64,000 bases of DNA from an uncultured Bacteroidota bacterium (GCA_963700635.1 CAVOYH010000003.1:768001-832000), one strand, 5' to 3'. Shown: positions 28,204 to 38,925, counted from the stretch's first letter. Made by a program: numbers and translations. The notes: generated by a model not told the origin, from the letters alone.

Positions 28204-29586
28204 ATGTTCCCTTCAATTAAGAAACTTCATTTTGTCGGCATCGGCGGCATAGGCATGAGCGGCCTGGCTGAAATTCTGATCGATCAGGGCTTCAGCGTAA
28301 CCGGCTCCGACCGCGCGGCAAGCGATAACACCGAACGCCTGGAAGGGCTCGGAGTGCGTGTGTTCATCAATCACGATTCCAGGAACGTCGATCCCGATGT
28401 GGATGTGCTGGTCTTCTCTTCCGCGATACCGCCTGACAACCCGGAAATTGTTGTCGCGCGTGAACGCAACATTCCGGTGATCCGAAGGGCGGAAATGCTC
28501 GCAGAAGTGATGCGCCTGAAATACGGCATCGGTATCGCCGGAACGCACGGAAAGACCACGACCACGTCCATGGTCAGCCTGGTCCTGATGGAAGGTGGCA
28601 TCGATCCGACAGTTATCGTGGGAGGCCGGCTTCATGGACTCGCGGGTTCCAATGCCCGCATGGGAAAGGGCGATTTTATTGTTGTCGAGGCGGACGAATA
28701 CGACCGGTCCTTCCTGTCCATCACGCCCACCATTGCCGTGCTGACGACACTCGAGACGGATCATCTGGACTGTTACCGTGATCTTGAGGATATCAAATCC
28801 GCATTTATTCAGTTTGCGGGAAAGGTGCCGTTCTACGGATTTATTGTGCTCTGTCTGGATGAACCGGCCCTGCAGGATATCATGCCGAACATCAAGAAGA
28901 AGATCATCACGTACGGTCTGAACGGTCAGGCGGATCTGCAGGCGGTAGAACTTGTCCATAAGGAAAACCGGACCCGGTTCACATTGATCCGGAGCGGGGA
29001 TGAACTCGGCGTTATCGAGCTGCAGATCCCGGGCAAGCACAATGTCCAGAACGCCCTCGCGGCAATCGCTGTCGGCCTTGAACTCGGAGTGCCGTTTGAA
29101 AAGGTGAAGGCGGGGATCGAAAAATTCACCGGTGTTTTCCGCCGGTGGGAGGTCAAAGCCGAAGTCCAGGACATTACGGTGGTTGATGACTACGCACACC
29201 ACCCGACGGAAATCAAGGCAACCCTGTCCGGGGTGAAAGATGGGTGGCGAAGGCGGGTGATCTGTGTCTTTCAGCCGCATTTGTATTCACGCACACGTGA
29301 TTTTTACGACGAATTTGGCCGGTCCTTCTTTAATGCTGACGTCCTGGTGGTTACTGATGTCTACCCTGCACGGGAAGAACCTATACAGGGTGTCAGCGGC
29401 GAACTTATCACGAATGCCGCAAAAGTATTCGGTCATAAACAGGTCCACTATGTGCCCGACAAAACAACCGTCCCGAAATTCCTTATGAACATGAAGCAGG
29501 CGGGAGACATCATCATCACGATGGGCGCAGGTGATATCTGGAAGTTCGGCGAACAGTTTATCACAATGCTGAAGGCGAAAAAGTAA
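28204..29586 (+). CDS. murC: UDP-MurNAc--L-Ala ligase
   Basis: HFVGIGGIGMSGLA, AGTHGKTTTTSM, EADEYD, DDYAHHPTEI, FQPH. Confidence 0.98.
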   Translation: MFPSIKKLHFVGIGGIGMSGLAEILIDQGFSVTGSDRAASDNTERLEGLGVRVFINHDSRNVDPDVDVLVFSSAIPPDNPEIVVARERNIPVIRRAEMLAEVMRLKYGIGIAGTHGKTTTTSMVSLVLMEGGIDPTVIVGGRLHGLAGSNARMGKGDFIVVEADEYDRSFLSITPTIAVLTTLETDHLDCYRDLEDIKSAFIQFAGKVPFYGFIVLCLDEPALQDIMPNIKKKIITYGLNGQADLQAVELVHKENRTRFTLIRSGDELGVIELQIPGKHNVQNALAAIAVGLELGVPFEKVKAGIEKFTGVFRRWEVKAEVQDITVVDDYAHHPTEIKATLSGVKDGWRRRVICVFQPHLYSRTRDFYDEFGRSFFNADVLVVTDVYPAREEPIQGVSGELITNAAKVFGHKQVHYVPDKTTVPKFLMNMKQAGDIIITMGAGDIWKFGEQFITMLKAKK

Positions 29587-29590
29587 TTCC

Positions 29591-30382
29591 ATGTCTGCCC
29601 TGCTCCATACTGACGGCACAAGTACACCCCGCGGCCGGGGTGGCGTGATTCTGCTGGTGGCGCTCGTGGCGTTGACGGGCGCCGCTGCCGTTGGAGCATT
29701 TTTCTGGAAGGCAGACCTTGTTGTACGTACAATCGCGACCGAGGGAAACCAGATCGTGACATCGGAGTCAATCCTCCGGCTTGCCGCCGTGCCAGGGCAG
29801 AAGCGTCTGGAAGATCTGGACCTCGCCGCCATCCGCCAGCGGGTTCTGAAAAGTCCGTATATCAAGCAGGCGTCGGTACACCGGGACTTTCCTGACCGCG
29901 TGGTCATCCGGGTAGAGGAACGTGTGCCGGTTGCGGTTCTTGTCGCTGAGAAACTCCTGTATGTTGACGGGGATGGACTTATGCTCCCGGTCGTACAATC
30001 GGAATTCGTCTATGATCTGCCCGTGATCACCGGCGCCGCAGCGGTACAGGTCTGTCAGCCGGGAAGGCGGATCTCCCATCCCACCCTGCGCGAGGCACAC
30101 CGCCTCGTGCTGGCGTCACACCGGATCGGCAGCACACTGAACCGCCGCATATCCGAGATTCATCTTCAAGAAAATGGCGAGCTGTTACTGTACACTGCCG
30201 AGTTTGGCATCCCGGTATATTTCGGCCGGGGTTCGATTGTGGAAAAGCTGACGTTACTGGAAAGCTTCTGGACCACCGTGGTGACAAGTCGCGGGGTACA
30301 GACCTTGCGCGCGGTGGACATTCGTTTTGCAGACCAGGTCGTCGCTCGCTGGGAACCGTCAACGGAAATTATCACGAATTGA
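29591..30382 (+). CDS. ftsQ: Cell division protein FtsQ/DivIB
   Basis: TM + POTRA (IKQASVHRDFPDRVVIRVEERVPVA), DIRFADQVV; precedes ftsA. Confidence 0.88.
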   Translation: MSALLHTDGTSTPRGRGGVILLVALVALTGAAAVGAFFWKADLVVRTIATEGNQIVTSESILRLAAVPGQKRLEDLDLAAIRQRVLKSPYIKQASVHRDFPDRVVIRVEERVPVAVLVAEKLLYVDGDGLMLPVVQSEFVYDLPVITGAAAVQVCQPGRRISHPTLREAHRLVLASHRIGSTLNRRISEIHLQENGELLLYTAEFGIPVYFGRGSIVEKLTLLESFWTTVVTSRGVQTLRAVDIRFADQVVARWEPSTEIITN

Positions 30383-30406
30383 TACCTGTCTCCGGAAGGA
30401 ATCACC

Positions 30407-31645
30407 ATGGATAACATGATTGTAGGTCTGGACATCGGCACCACGAAGATCTGTGCGGTTGTTGCCGGGACAGATGAGAATGGCAAGGTCAACATTCTTG
30501 GCATCGGCCGGGCTCCTTCCGATGGCATCACGCGTGGGGTGGTAACGCACATCGACCGCACCACCGCGGCCGTTGCCCATGCCATCGCAGAGGCGCAGGC
30601 ATCGTCAGGGGTGGCGATCCGCTCGGTTATCGCGGGCATTGCCGGAGATCACATCCAGAGTTTCCAGAGCCGCGGCGTCGTGGGCATCAGCGGTCCGGAT
30701 CATGAGGTCACACGCACCGACATTGACCGCCTGATCGAGGACACCAAACGCGTGGCGCTGCCTTCAGACCGTAAGATCATCCATGTGATTCCGCAGGAGT
30801 TCATCATCGACGGACAGGACGGCATCTATGACCCGCTCGGAATGTCGGGAGTCCGGATGGAAGCAAACGTGCATATTATTACAGGTCTCGTCAGCGCCGC
30901 ACAGAACATCTACAAATGTGTGCAGCGGGCGGGACTCGAAATAAGTGACATGGTGCTGGAGCCCCTTGCTTCGAGCTACGCGGTGCTTGACGATGAAGAA
31001 AAGGAGGTCGGGATTGCGCTGCTGGATATCGGCGGAGGGACCACCGACCTTGCCGTGTTTGAAGAACGCACTATCCGTCATACCGCGGTCATCGGGGTCG
31101 CCGGGAAAAAGGTCACCGACGATATTCGTAAGGGTCTGGGTATCCTCAACGAACAGGCCGAACGACTGAAAAAGGATCACGGGTGTGCGTATGTGGACGC
31201 TGTGGTGGATAACGAGCTTCTCGTTCTGCCCGGTGTGGGTGGCCGGCCCCCCATTGAAATAGACAAACGGATTCTTGCGCAGATCATCCAGCCCAGGATG
31301 GAGGAAATCCTGGAAATCGCCGCCCTTGAAATCAAACGTTCCGGGTATGCCAAACATCTTGCCGGGGGTGTGGTGCTGACAGGTGGTGGCGCGCTGGTCA
31401 AGGGAACGGCCGATCTTGCGCGGGACGTGCTGGGTATGCCGGTGAAGATCGGCATCCCCGCCGGATTTTCGGGCGGATTGATCCGGGAGATTGAGAATCC
31501 CGCATATGCTACAGCGGTTGGATTGATTTATCATGGACTCAAACACCGCCAGACCGCCGCGGTGGGTGGTGGATCTTCGACTACAAAGGAACGGTCTTTT
31601 AGTGAAGTGGCCCGCAGAGTGCGCGCGTGGTTCGAAGCGCTCTGA
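30407..31645 (+). CDS. ftsA: Cell division protein FtsA
   Basis: GLDIGTTKI, DIGGGTTDLA, GVVLTGGGA, YATAVGL. Confidence 0.98.
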   Translation: MDNMIVGLDIGTTKICAVVAGTDENGKVNILGIGRAPSDGITRGVVTHIDRTTAAVAHAIAEAQASSGVAIRSVIAGIAGDHIQSFQSRGVVGISGPDHEVTRTDIDRLIEDTKRVALPSDRKIIHVIPQEFIIDGQDGIYDPLGMSGVRMEANVHIITGLVSAAQNIYKCVQRAGLEISDMVLEPLASSYAVLDDEEKEVGIALLDIGGGTTDLAVFEERTIRHTAVIGVAGKKVTDDIRKGLGILNEQAERLKKDHGCAYVDAVVDNELLVLPGVGGRPPIEIDKRILAQIIQPRMEEILEIAALEIKRSGYAKHLAGGVVLTGGGALVKGTADLARDVLGMPVKIGIPAGFSGGLIREIENPAYATAVGLIYHGLKHRQTAAVGGGSSTTKERSFSEVARRVRAWFEAL

Positions 31646-31693
31646 GCCCGGGCTCAAACAAAGTGTATCCCACAAATCAAAGGAGGTATTCCT

Positions 31694-32869
31694 GTGATCG
31701 AACTGGATAATGGCTTCGATCGTGGTGCAAAGATTCGTGTCGTCGGCGTGGGTGGTGGCGGAGGGAACGCCACCAACAGTATGATCAAAAAGGGACTGCG
31801 CGGTGTGGACTTCTTTGCGATCAACACCGACCTGCAGGCTCTGCAACGAAGCGCAGCACCAAACAAGATTCAGATCGGCAAAAATCTTACTCGCGGACTC
31901 GGAGCCGGTGCGGATCCTACCATGGGCTATCGCGCAGTCGAAGAGGACCGCGAAGAAATCGCCCGCGCCCTCACGGGGAGCGATATGGTGTTCGTGACGG
32001 CGGGTATGGGAGGTGGAACCGGGACCGGCGGAGCGCCCCTGGTGGCGAACATTGCCCGGAGCCTTGGAGCGCTTGTTGTCGGTATCGTCACCCGGCCCTT
32101 CCATTGTGAGGGTAAACGACGCAGCGCAGTGGCCGAACAGGGCCTCGAAGAACTCCGGAAGCACGTCGATACGCTCATCATTATTCCCAACCAGAAACTT
32201 CTCACGATCGTCGAGCGGAATACGCCTCTGACGGAGGCCTTCGATATCGCGAACGAGGTTCTGTACGGCGCAACACGCGGCATATCGGAATTGATCACGG
32301 TTCCCGGCCTGATCAATGTCGATTTTGCGGATGTCCGAACCGTGATGCGTGAAATGGGCGACGCCGTTATGGGATCCGGCGAGGCTAGTGGCGAACATCG
32401 TGCGGTGGAGGCGGCGCATCTGGCAATCTCCAGTCCACTCCTGGAAGATATCACCATCAGCGGTGCACAGGGCGTGCTCGTCAATATCACCGGCGGCTCC
32501 TCGATGTCCCTCGTCGAGGTCGAAGAAGCCACCGAAATCATCCACGAGGCAGCAGGTGAAGAGGCAAACGTCATCCTGGGAGCTGTTATCGATGAAAATA
32601 TGACGGATGATATCATGGTAACCGTGATTGCGACGGGCTTCAACCGGAAAGCCCTGAGCGTGTCCTCCTCAGGCCGCCAGGTGAAACCGGTACGCTCCAT
32701 CGAGCGTGTACCTTCCGGGGCCTCGGACCTCCAGATCCTGGACGAACCTGCCTATATCCGGCGCGGGGTTTCGCTCCCCACACAACGGGGAGAGAACGAA
32801 ACGCCGAAAGAAAAGATTGACAAAACCGATCAGAACAAACCAGCGTTCCTGAGAAAGGTCATGGACTAG
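31694..32869 (+). CDS. ftsZ: Cell division protein FtsZ
   Basis: VGVGGGGGNA, GMGGGTGTG, NVDFAD, C-terminal PAFLRK; RBS AAAGGAGG. Confidence 0.99.
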   Translation: MIELDNGFDRGAKIRVVGVGGGGGNATNSMIKKGLRGVDFFAINTDLQALQRSAAPNKIQIGKNLTRGLGAGADPTMGYRAVEEDREEIARALTGSDMVFVTAGMGGGTGTGGAPLVANIARSLGALVVGIVTRPFHCEGKRRSAVAEQGLEELRKHVDTLIIIPNQKLLTIVERNTPLTEAFDIANEVLYGATRGISELITVPGLINVDFADVRTVMREMGDAVMGSGEASGEHRAVEAAHLAISSPLLEDITISGAQGVLVNITGGSSMSLVEVEEATEIIHEAAGEEANVILGAVIDENMTDDIMVTVIATGFNRKALSVSSSGRQVKPVRSIERVPSGASDLQILDEPAYIRRGVSLPTQRGENETPKEKIDKTDQNKPAFLRKVMD

Positions 32870-33024
32870 CGAACAGTGGGTGGCGGTACAGGGGGATTCA
32901 ACGGCCCGTGGCGTGTCGAACGCAGGGCGGGCCGAGGGTCAGCGTCAACCGCGTTCATCCTCTCCTGGCACTGCAGGGCAGCTGTGCGGTTGCTTCTTCC
33001 TCCCGAGTTTTCTACTTTTATTTT

Positions 33025-33693
33025 ATGCGCGTCGCTCTCTTTATCATTCTGCTTGCGGCTGTGACGCTGGAACTGTATCCTCAGACCGGGAAACCGTCAA
33101 GCGCGTTTCGTATCGGCCGCGCAAAATATTCCGGCGGGGGAGATTGGTACAACGATCCGTCCGCCGAAGTCAACCTCCTCACGTTTGCCCAGCGGCAGAC
33201 TGCCCTCGAGGTGGATGCATCCTACCATGCTGTGGAAGTCGGCAGCGAGCAACTGTTTTCCTTCCCCTTCCTCTTTCTGACCGGCCACGGCAATATCTCC
33301 CTCTCTGAACGGGATGCCAGAAACCTGCGTACATACCTCCTGAACGGCGGTTTCTTGTACGCTGACGATGACTATGGCATGGACCGATCGTTCCGCAGAG
33401 AAATGAAAAAGGTATTTCCAGAACGGGATTTTGTCGAACTGCCATTTTCCCACGGTCTCTACCTGTCACCATTTGCGTTTCCGGGCGGACCACCCAAAAC
33501 ACATGCCCACGACGACAAGGCACCACGGGGATTTGGTATCTTTTCGGAAGGACGGCTTGTCGTCTATTACACCGTCGAGAGCAACCCGAGCGACGGTTGG
33601 GCCGATCCCGATGTGCACGGCGACTCCCAGGAAAAGCGGGAAGAAGCGCTGCGGTTCGGCACCAACATTCTCGTTTGGGCTCTGACCCGGTGA
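33025..33693 (+). CDS. DUF4159 domain-containing exported protein
   Basis: Signal peptide; KYSGGGDWY, PFLFLTGHG, YLLNGGFLYADDDYG, DGWADP, GTNI match the DUF4159 pattern. Confidence 0.8.
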   Translation: MRVALFIILLAAVTLELYPQTGKPSSAFRIGRAKYSGGGDWYNDPSAEVNLLTFAQRQTALEVDASYHAVEVGSEQLFSFPFLFLTGHGNISLSERDARNLRTYLLNGGFLYADDDYGMDRSFRREMKKVFPERDFVELPFSHGLYLSPFAFPGGPPKTHAHDDKAPRGFGIFSEGRLVVYYTVESNPSDGWADPDVHGDSQEKREEALRFGTNILVWALTR

Positions 33694-36600
33694 CTGCCCT
33701 GGAAGACAACGCGCGCGACAACGCCACCCAGCTCCAGCACCGGCTCCAGCAGCTTCGGCGTCAGGAGTGGAAACAACAGCTCCAGGCAGCCGCACTCCAG
33801 ATCAGTCTCGGCGCTCTGGCCGCATGGGTACTGCTTCTTGCGGTGGAGGCGGTCTTTCACCTCCCGTCGTCGTTCCGGATACTGCTGATCGGGCTGTGTC
33901 TGCTTGCTCTTGCTGCTGCGGTTTTCTGGTTGGCGGGCAGACCACTGGCCCGTTTGCTCGGCCTGCTCCGGCACGAACACGATGATCGGACTGCAGCAAG
34001 GGTTGGCGCCGCATTTCCGGCCATCAAAGACCGGCTCCAGAACCTCCTCCAGCTGATCCGGGAACGCGAGTCGTCGGGACGTTACTATTCCACGGACCTC
34101 ATCGATGCATCATTCAGAGACATGGATGAGACGCTCCGGTCTGTGGACTTTTCCACGATGATCGATCGTGCGTCGGTCCGTTCGCTGGCACGATTCCTCC
34201 CGGCAGCTGTTCTGTTCACAGCGGCGCTGATGGTCCTTCTTCCGGATATGCTCGGGAGCGCGGCATACAGGCTTGTGCATTTCACCGAAGAATTTATCGC
34301 GCCCCCGGCGTACGTCCTCACAGTTTTGCCCGGCGATACAGAAGTTATCAAGGGTGACGATGTTGACATCAGTGTACACATTCAGGGAATCCTCCGTGAT
34401 GCCGTGACCCTCCAGACCCGGCCCGATGGCCAGGGGACGTTCAATGATGTCACCCTTGATCATGCCCCTGACGGTCTCTGGCGCGCGACGCTCCCACGAG
34501 TGCGTGCGTCAACGGAATATCGCGTGCACGTTGGGCCGGTACACAGCAAGACATACGAGCTGAAGGTGCTCGACCGTCCCATCATACGCGTGCTCCGCCT
34601 CTTCCTCAGCTATCCGGCCTATGCCGGCCTCCCAGCCCGGTGGCTGGATGAGAATGTCGGAGATGTACAGGCCCTGGCAGGAACACGGATACGGTTCATG
34701 GTGGAAGCGAGCAAGGAACTTGCCGGCGCGGCAGTAACGTTCAGCGACAGTTCTTCCCTCCTCCTTCAGGTGGCCGGCAGGACCGCTTCGGGAATGTTGA
34801 CCCTGCAACGAGAACGTGTGTATCAGGTGCGGGTGACCGACCGGGATGGAACAGGGAACGCAGATCCGATCAACTACACCCTCCGGCTTGTTGCAGATGC
34901 CGTTCCCACCGTTACGATTGTTGCTCCAGGCACAAATCTGGACGTCGTGGGGGATGAAGAACTGTCCATGCTCTTCCACCTTTCCGATGACTTCGGGATT
35001 TCCCGGCTCCGGCTTGCGCACAAGCTGATACATTCCCGATATGAACCACCGGCAGAACAATACACCGTCGTTGATATTCCCCTCTCCGGTCGTGCAGGCC
35101 TGGATTGGCTGGTTCCCTTCGCATGGAAATTAAGCACACTCCGGCTTGCTCCGGAAGACGTTGTGCAGTATTACGCAGAGGTGTTTGACAACGATGCCAC
35201 AGCGGGTCCGAAATCGGCCCTGAGCGGAACATTCACTCTCCGTCTACCCTCCATTGACGAGATCTTTGCCGATATCGATAAGGGACACGAGACCACGCGG
35301 GAGACGCTTGCCGATGCTCTGAAGCAGGCACAGGAAGCAAAAAAGGAGATGGACGATCTCTCGCGTGAACTCAAGAAACCCCAGGAGCGAGTGAGCTGGG
35401 AAGAACAGAAAAAGGCCGAAGAGCTCGCACAGCGTTATCAGGAGATCCAGAAACAACTGACCGAAGTGCAGCAGACGGTGGATAAGATGCTGAGCGAAAT
35501 GCAGAAGAACAACGTCCTTTCCCAGGAGACGTTGCAGAAATACCAGGAGTTGCAGCAGGTTATGGAGCAGATGAATTCTCCGGAATTCGCTGAGGCGATG
35601 AAACGACTGCAACAGTCAATGCAGCAGATGACACCCGACGCGATGAAGCAGGCTCTCCAGCAGTTTTCATTTTCTGAGGAACAATTCAGAAAGAGCATTG
35701 AACGGACACTCAATCTGCTCAAACGTATCCAGATTGAACAGAAGATGGACGAGGTGGTGAAGCGGGCCGAAGAGATGTACAACCTTCAGAAACAACTCGC
35801 CGCTCAGGCGCCGGAGGATTCTGAAAAAAGCCAGAGCGCTGCACGGGAACAGGATGACCAGCACAAACGGTATCAGGCCATGCGGCAGGAACTGCAGAAC
35901 CTGAAGAGCAAAATGGAAGAATTTCCGGCGGAGATGCCGTTGACAGAGATGGAACATCTGCAGGAGACGATGGAAAAAGCAGATCTGGACCGGCTGCTGC
36001 AGCAGATTGCTGAAGCCCTCCGCCAACAGCAAACGCAGCAGGCCTCACAACAGCAGGAGCAGGCCCAGCGGTCGATGGGAAACATGCTGCAGGAATTACA
36101 GGAGATGCAGCAGCAGATGCGACAGAATCAGCAACGGCAGATTATTCAGGAAATGCGGCGCGCGGCACGGGACCTGCTGGAACTCTCCGGTCGCCAGGAG
36201 GACCTGAAGAATTCGTCACGCGCTCTGGATCCCTCCTCACAGCAATTCAGGGAGAACGCGCAGGAACAAATGAACGTCCTCCGTGACCTGGGAAATGTCA
36301 CGAGTCGCATTGCCGCGCTCTCGCAGAAAACCTTCGGCATCTCTCCGGAAATGGGGAAATCAATCGGAGATGCAATACAGCGGATGAACGACGCATTACG
36401 ATCGCTTGATCAACGGAACGGGAGCGGCGCCGCGCAACAGCAAGCGGCGGCAATGGGGGCCCTGAATCAGACTGCCCAGCAACTACAGGCTGCTGCCCAG
36501 GGCATGGCACGGGGGGGCGGACAGGGAATGGGCATGGCGGGTTTTTTGCAAAGACTCCAGCAGCTCGGCGGACAGCAGCAGGGAATTAACGACGGTACGA

Positions 36601-37055
36601 GAGGGCTGACGCCGGAGGAGGGGGCCGAGCTGGGCCGGCTTGCCGGCGAGCAGGGTATGGTACGAAAATCGCTGGAGGAACTGGCGCGCGAAGCATCCCG
36701 TGCGGGTGAATTGAGCAAGCTCCTCGGTGACCTGCACCGGGTGGCCACTGATATGCGCGAGGTGCAAACCGACATGGCACAGGGAAACGTCAACCCGGAA
36801 ACACTGGACAAACAAGATCGGATTCTCTCACGGCTTCTTGATGCGCAGCGCTCCATGCGCGAACGTGATTTCGAAAAACGACGCAAAGCCGAAACAGGCA
36901 AAAATGTTGCACGGCAGAGTCCGGCCCCGCTGGACGGTCGTACCCTGGAGGGGCGTAACCGGCTGCAACGCGACCTGCTCCGGGCACTCGAAGAAGGATA
37001 TGCCCGTGACTACGAAGACCTCATCAAGAAATACTTTGAGGCATTGCAGCGATGA
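33690..37055 (+). CDS. DUF4175-like membrane-anchored protein with Ig-like region and long Gln-rich coiled coil
   Basis: N-terminal TMs, DDFGIS, VFDND motifs, long Q/E/M-rich helical region, ILSRLLDAQRSMRERD, YEDLIKKYF; GTGA overlap with upstream gene. Confidence 0.75.
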   Translation: MTALEDNARDNATQLQHRLQQLRRQEWKQQLQAAALQISLGALAAWVLLLAVEAVFHLPSSFRILLIGLCLLALAAAVFWLAGRPLARLLGLLRHEHDDRTAARVGAAFPAIKDRLQNLLQLIRERESSGRYYSTDLIDASFRDMDETLRSVDFSTMIDRASVRSLARFLPAAVLFTAALMVLLPDMLGSAAYRLVHFTEEFIAPPAYVLTVLPGDTEVIKGDDVDISVHIQGILRDAVTLQTRPDGQGTFNDVTLDHAPDGLWRATLPRVRASTEYRVHVGPVHSKTYELKVLDRPIIRVLRLFLSYPAYAGLPARWLDENVGDVQALAGTRIRFMVEASKELAGAAVTFSDSSSLLLQVAGRTASGMLTLQRERVYQVRVTDRDGTGNADPINYTLRLVADAVPTVTIVAPGTNLDVVGDEELSMLFHLSDDFGISRLRLAHKLIHSRYEPPAEQYTVVDIPLSGRAGLDWLVPFAWKLSTLRLAPEDVVQYYAEVFDNDATAGPKSALSGTFTLRLPSIDEIFADIDKGHETTRETLADALKQAQEAKKEMDDLSRELKKPQERVSWEEQKKAEELAQRYQEIQKQLTEVQQTVDKMLSEMQKNNVLSQETLQKYQELQQVMEQMNSPEFAEAMKRLQQSMQQMTPDAMKQALQQFSFSEEQFRKSIERTLNLLKRIQIEQKMDEVVKRAEEMYNLQKQLAAQAPEDSEKSQSAAREQDDQHKRYQAMRQELQNLKSKMEEFPAEMPLTEMEHLQETMEKADLDRLLQQIAEALRQQQTQQASQQQEQAQRSMGNMLQELQEMQQQMRQNQQRQIIQEMRRAARDLLELSGRQEDLKNSSRALDPSSQQFRENAQEQMNVLRDLGNVTSRIAALSQKTFGISPEMGKSIGDAIQRMNDALRSLDQRNGSGAAQQQAAAMGALNQTAQQLQAAAQGMARGGGQGMGMAGFLQRLQQLGGQQQGINDGTRGLTPEEGAELGRLAGEQGMVRKSLEELAREASRAGELSKLLGDLHRVATDMREVQTDMAQGNVNPETLDKQDRILSRLLDAQRSMRERDFEKRRKAETGKNVARQSPAPLDGRTLEGRNRLQRDLLRALEEGYARDYEDLIKKYFEALQR

Positions 37056-38233
37056 CACCCTCTGTCTTCGCAGAGATGCTCCACCGCACGTACCCGGACT
37101 ACCGGTTGGACCACCTTCACCCCGGGGTCTGCCAGTATGAACAAATCCGTCGCGAACTTCGGGATCTCGTTGACCGCAGCGAATCCCTGTGTACGATGGA
37201 AAACATTGGAATGTCCGTCGAAGGGCGTATGCTTTCGATGGTTCACCTTGGGAAGGGGAGCCGTCGCGTGTTGCTCTGGTCACAGATGCATGGCGACGAG
37301 CCCACGGCGACGCTTGCTCTCCTTGACATTCTCAACCGTATTCTTCTCGGACGCGAAGAGGAGTGGGTGCGCGTCATGCTGCAGGAACTGTCCATCTCTA
37401 TTATCCCACTTCTTAATCCTGATGGCGCAGAGTTGCGGCAACGCCGGAATGGTACCGGCATTGACATCAACCGTGACGCGCAGGCCTTGAGTACGCCGGA
37501 GGCACAGGCCTTAAGTCGTGTCCACTCGCGATTACGCCCCGATTTCGGATTTAATCTTCATGACCAGGAGCTCAGTTCGGTGGGCGACTCACCGCACCCT
37601 GCGGCCATGTCCCTGCTTGCACCTGCCGCATCAACTGATCGGAAAACAACAAACACCCGCCTGCGCGCCATGCGGGTCTGTGCCCTGATCAGCCGGATTC
37701 TGGAACCGTACGGTCGGGGGCGGATAACACGATATGATGATTCCTATGAACCGCGCGCTTTTGGAGAAACATTCCAGGCCTCTGGTACGAGCACGATATT
37801 GATGGAATCCGGACACTGGCCCAGAGACCCCCAGAAAGCATACGTACGGGAGCTAAATGTCGTGGCAATCCTCACCGCGCTCCGGTCCATTGCCAGTGGC
37901 AGTTATGAAGACACGGAATTGGATTATTACCACCGTCTGCCGCCAAACGGGAAGTATGTGGTTGATCTTCTGATTCGTGGCGTCCATCTTCTTCACTCCT
38001 CCGGCTGGGAACATGTGGTAGATGTCGGCGTCATGTTCCAGAAGTCCCATGATGTAGTCAAAATCAAAGACATCGGTGACCTGCATACCTTCGGTGGCCT
38101 GGAGACCCTTGAGCTTGCAGACCGGACGATATCAGCGGAAAAGCTCCATGTGGATGCGGTATTCCACACGCGGGATCTGTTCGACGCCCTGCAGACCTAT
38201 TATCCATACACGCCGCTGGCGTTCCGCCCTTGA
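37052..38233 (+). CDS. M14 family zinc carboxypeptidase-like protein
   Basis: SVEGR, WSQMHGDEPTAT, LNPDG, DINRD, FNLHDQ, LMESG. Confidence 0.85.
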   Translation: MTPSVFAEMLHRTYPDYRLDHLHPGVCQYEQIRRELRDLVDRSESLCTMENIGMSVEGRMLSMVHLGKGSRRVLLWSQMHGDEPTATLALLDILNRILLGREEEWVRVMLQELSISIIPLLNPDGAELRQRRNGTGIDINRDAQALSTPEAQALSRVHSRLRPDFGFNLHDQELSSVGDSPHPAAMSLLAPAASTDRKTTNTRLRAMRVCALISRILEPYGRGRITRYDDSYEPRAFGETFQASGTSTILMESGHWPRDPQKAYVRELNVVAILTALRSIASGSYEDTELDYYHRLPPNGKYVVDLLIRGVHLLHSSGWEHVVDVGVMFQKSHDVVKIKDIGDLHTFGGLETLELADRTISAEKLHVDAVFHTRDLFDALQTYYPYTPLAFRP

Positions 38234-38258
38234 CACTCTGAAAAGAATCCCGTACCAT
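38230..38258 (+). promoter_or_regulatory. sigma70-type promoter for the ECF sigma/anti-sigma pair
   Basis: TTGACA-17 bp-TACCAT overlapping the peptidase stop codon. Confidence 0.6.
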
Positions 38259-38301
38259 TTTTTTTACGGCGTTCTCCTTGTTGCGCATTATCGGACCGTT
38301 C

Positions 38302-38874
38302 ATGAAGGCTACCGGAGGAACATTACAGCAACGCGAGTTTGAAACTGAGGCCCTCCCCCACGCGGACCTTCTCTACAACTATGCCCTCCGGATGACCAAC
38401 AACACGGCCGACGCGGACGATCTTGTCCAGGAGACCTTTCTCAAAGCCTACCGGTTCTGGGACAAATATGAGAAGGGAACCAATATCCGGGCGTGGTTGT
38501 TCAGAATCATGAAAAACTCCTATATCAATCGGTATCGGCGGGAAGCAAAAGAACCCGATACGGTTGATTACAACGAGATTCAGAACTTTTACAATACCAT
38601 CCGTGATGAGACGGCGGACCCGAACGGCGCGCAGGAGTCGGCATTCGGGAATCTGCTGGATGATGATGTTGCAACGGCAATTGCCGATTTACCGGAAGAT
38701 TTCCGGACGGTTGTCATACTGTGCGACATTGAGGGATTGACGTACGAAGAGATTGCGGAATTTCTCGACTGTCCACTTGGCACTGTCCGGTCCCGACTCC
38801 ATCGGGGTCGAAGTCTCTTGCGAAGCAGACTGCTGAAATATGCAAAAGACCGGGGCTATGCGGTGGAGGGGTGA
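38302..38874 (+). CDS. ECF RNA polymerase sigma factor (SigR/SigH-like)
   Basis: LYNYALRMTNN..DADDLVQETFLKAY, AWLFRI, region 4 YEEIAEFLDCPLGTVRSRLHRGR. Confidence 0.93.
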   Translation: MKATGGTLQQREFETEALPHADLLYNYALRMTNNTADADDLVQETFLKAYRFWDKYEKGTNIRAWLFRIMKNSYINRYRREAKEPDTVDYNEIQNFYNTIRDETADPNGAQESAFGNLLDDDVATAIADLPEDFRTVVILCDIEGLTYEEIAEFLDCPLGTVRSRLHRGRSLLRSRLLKYAKDRGYAVEG

Positions 38875-38925
38875 TGCGGGGCAGATCAACGATAGTGCGG
38901 AGGAAGGGAATCAGGAATAGACACG

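Noticed and set aside
30764-32545. 593-aa minus-strand ORF (also 28213-29280, 13826-14770, 21334-22281, 11640-12575)
   Set aside because: Antisense shadows of ftsA/ftsZ, murC, mfd, murF and murQ, expected from GC-rich codon bias; no recognisable motifs.
32870-33024. Possible terminator or small RNA after ftsZ
   Set aside because: Only a weak hairpin (GGCAGCTGTGCGGTTGCT) without an immediate U-tract; insufficient support.
35300-36600. CAG-rich repetitive-looking DNA
   Set aside because: Explained by Gln-rich coiled-coil coding; no fixed repeat-spacer structure, so not CRISPR or a tandem repeat.
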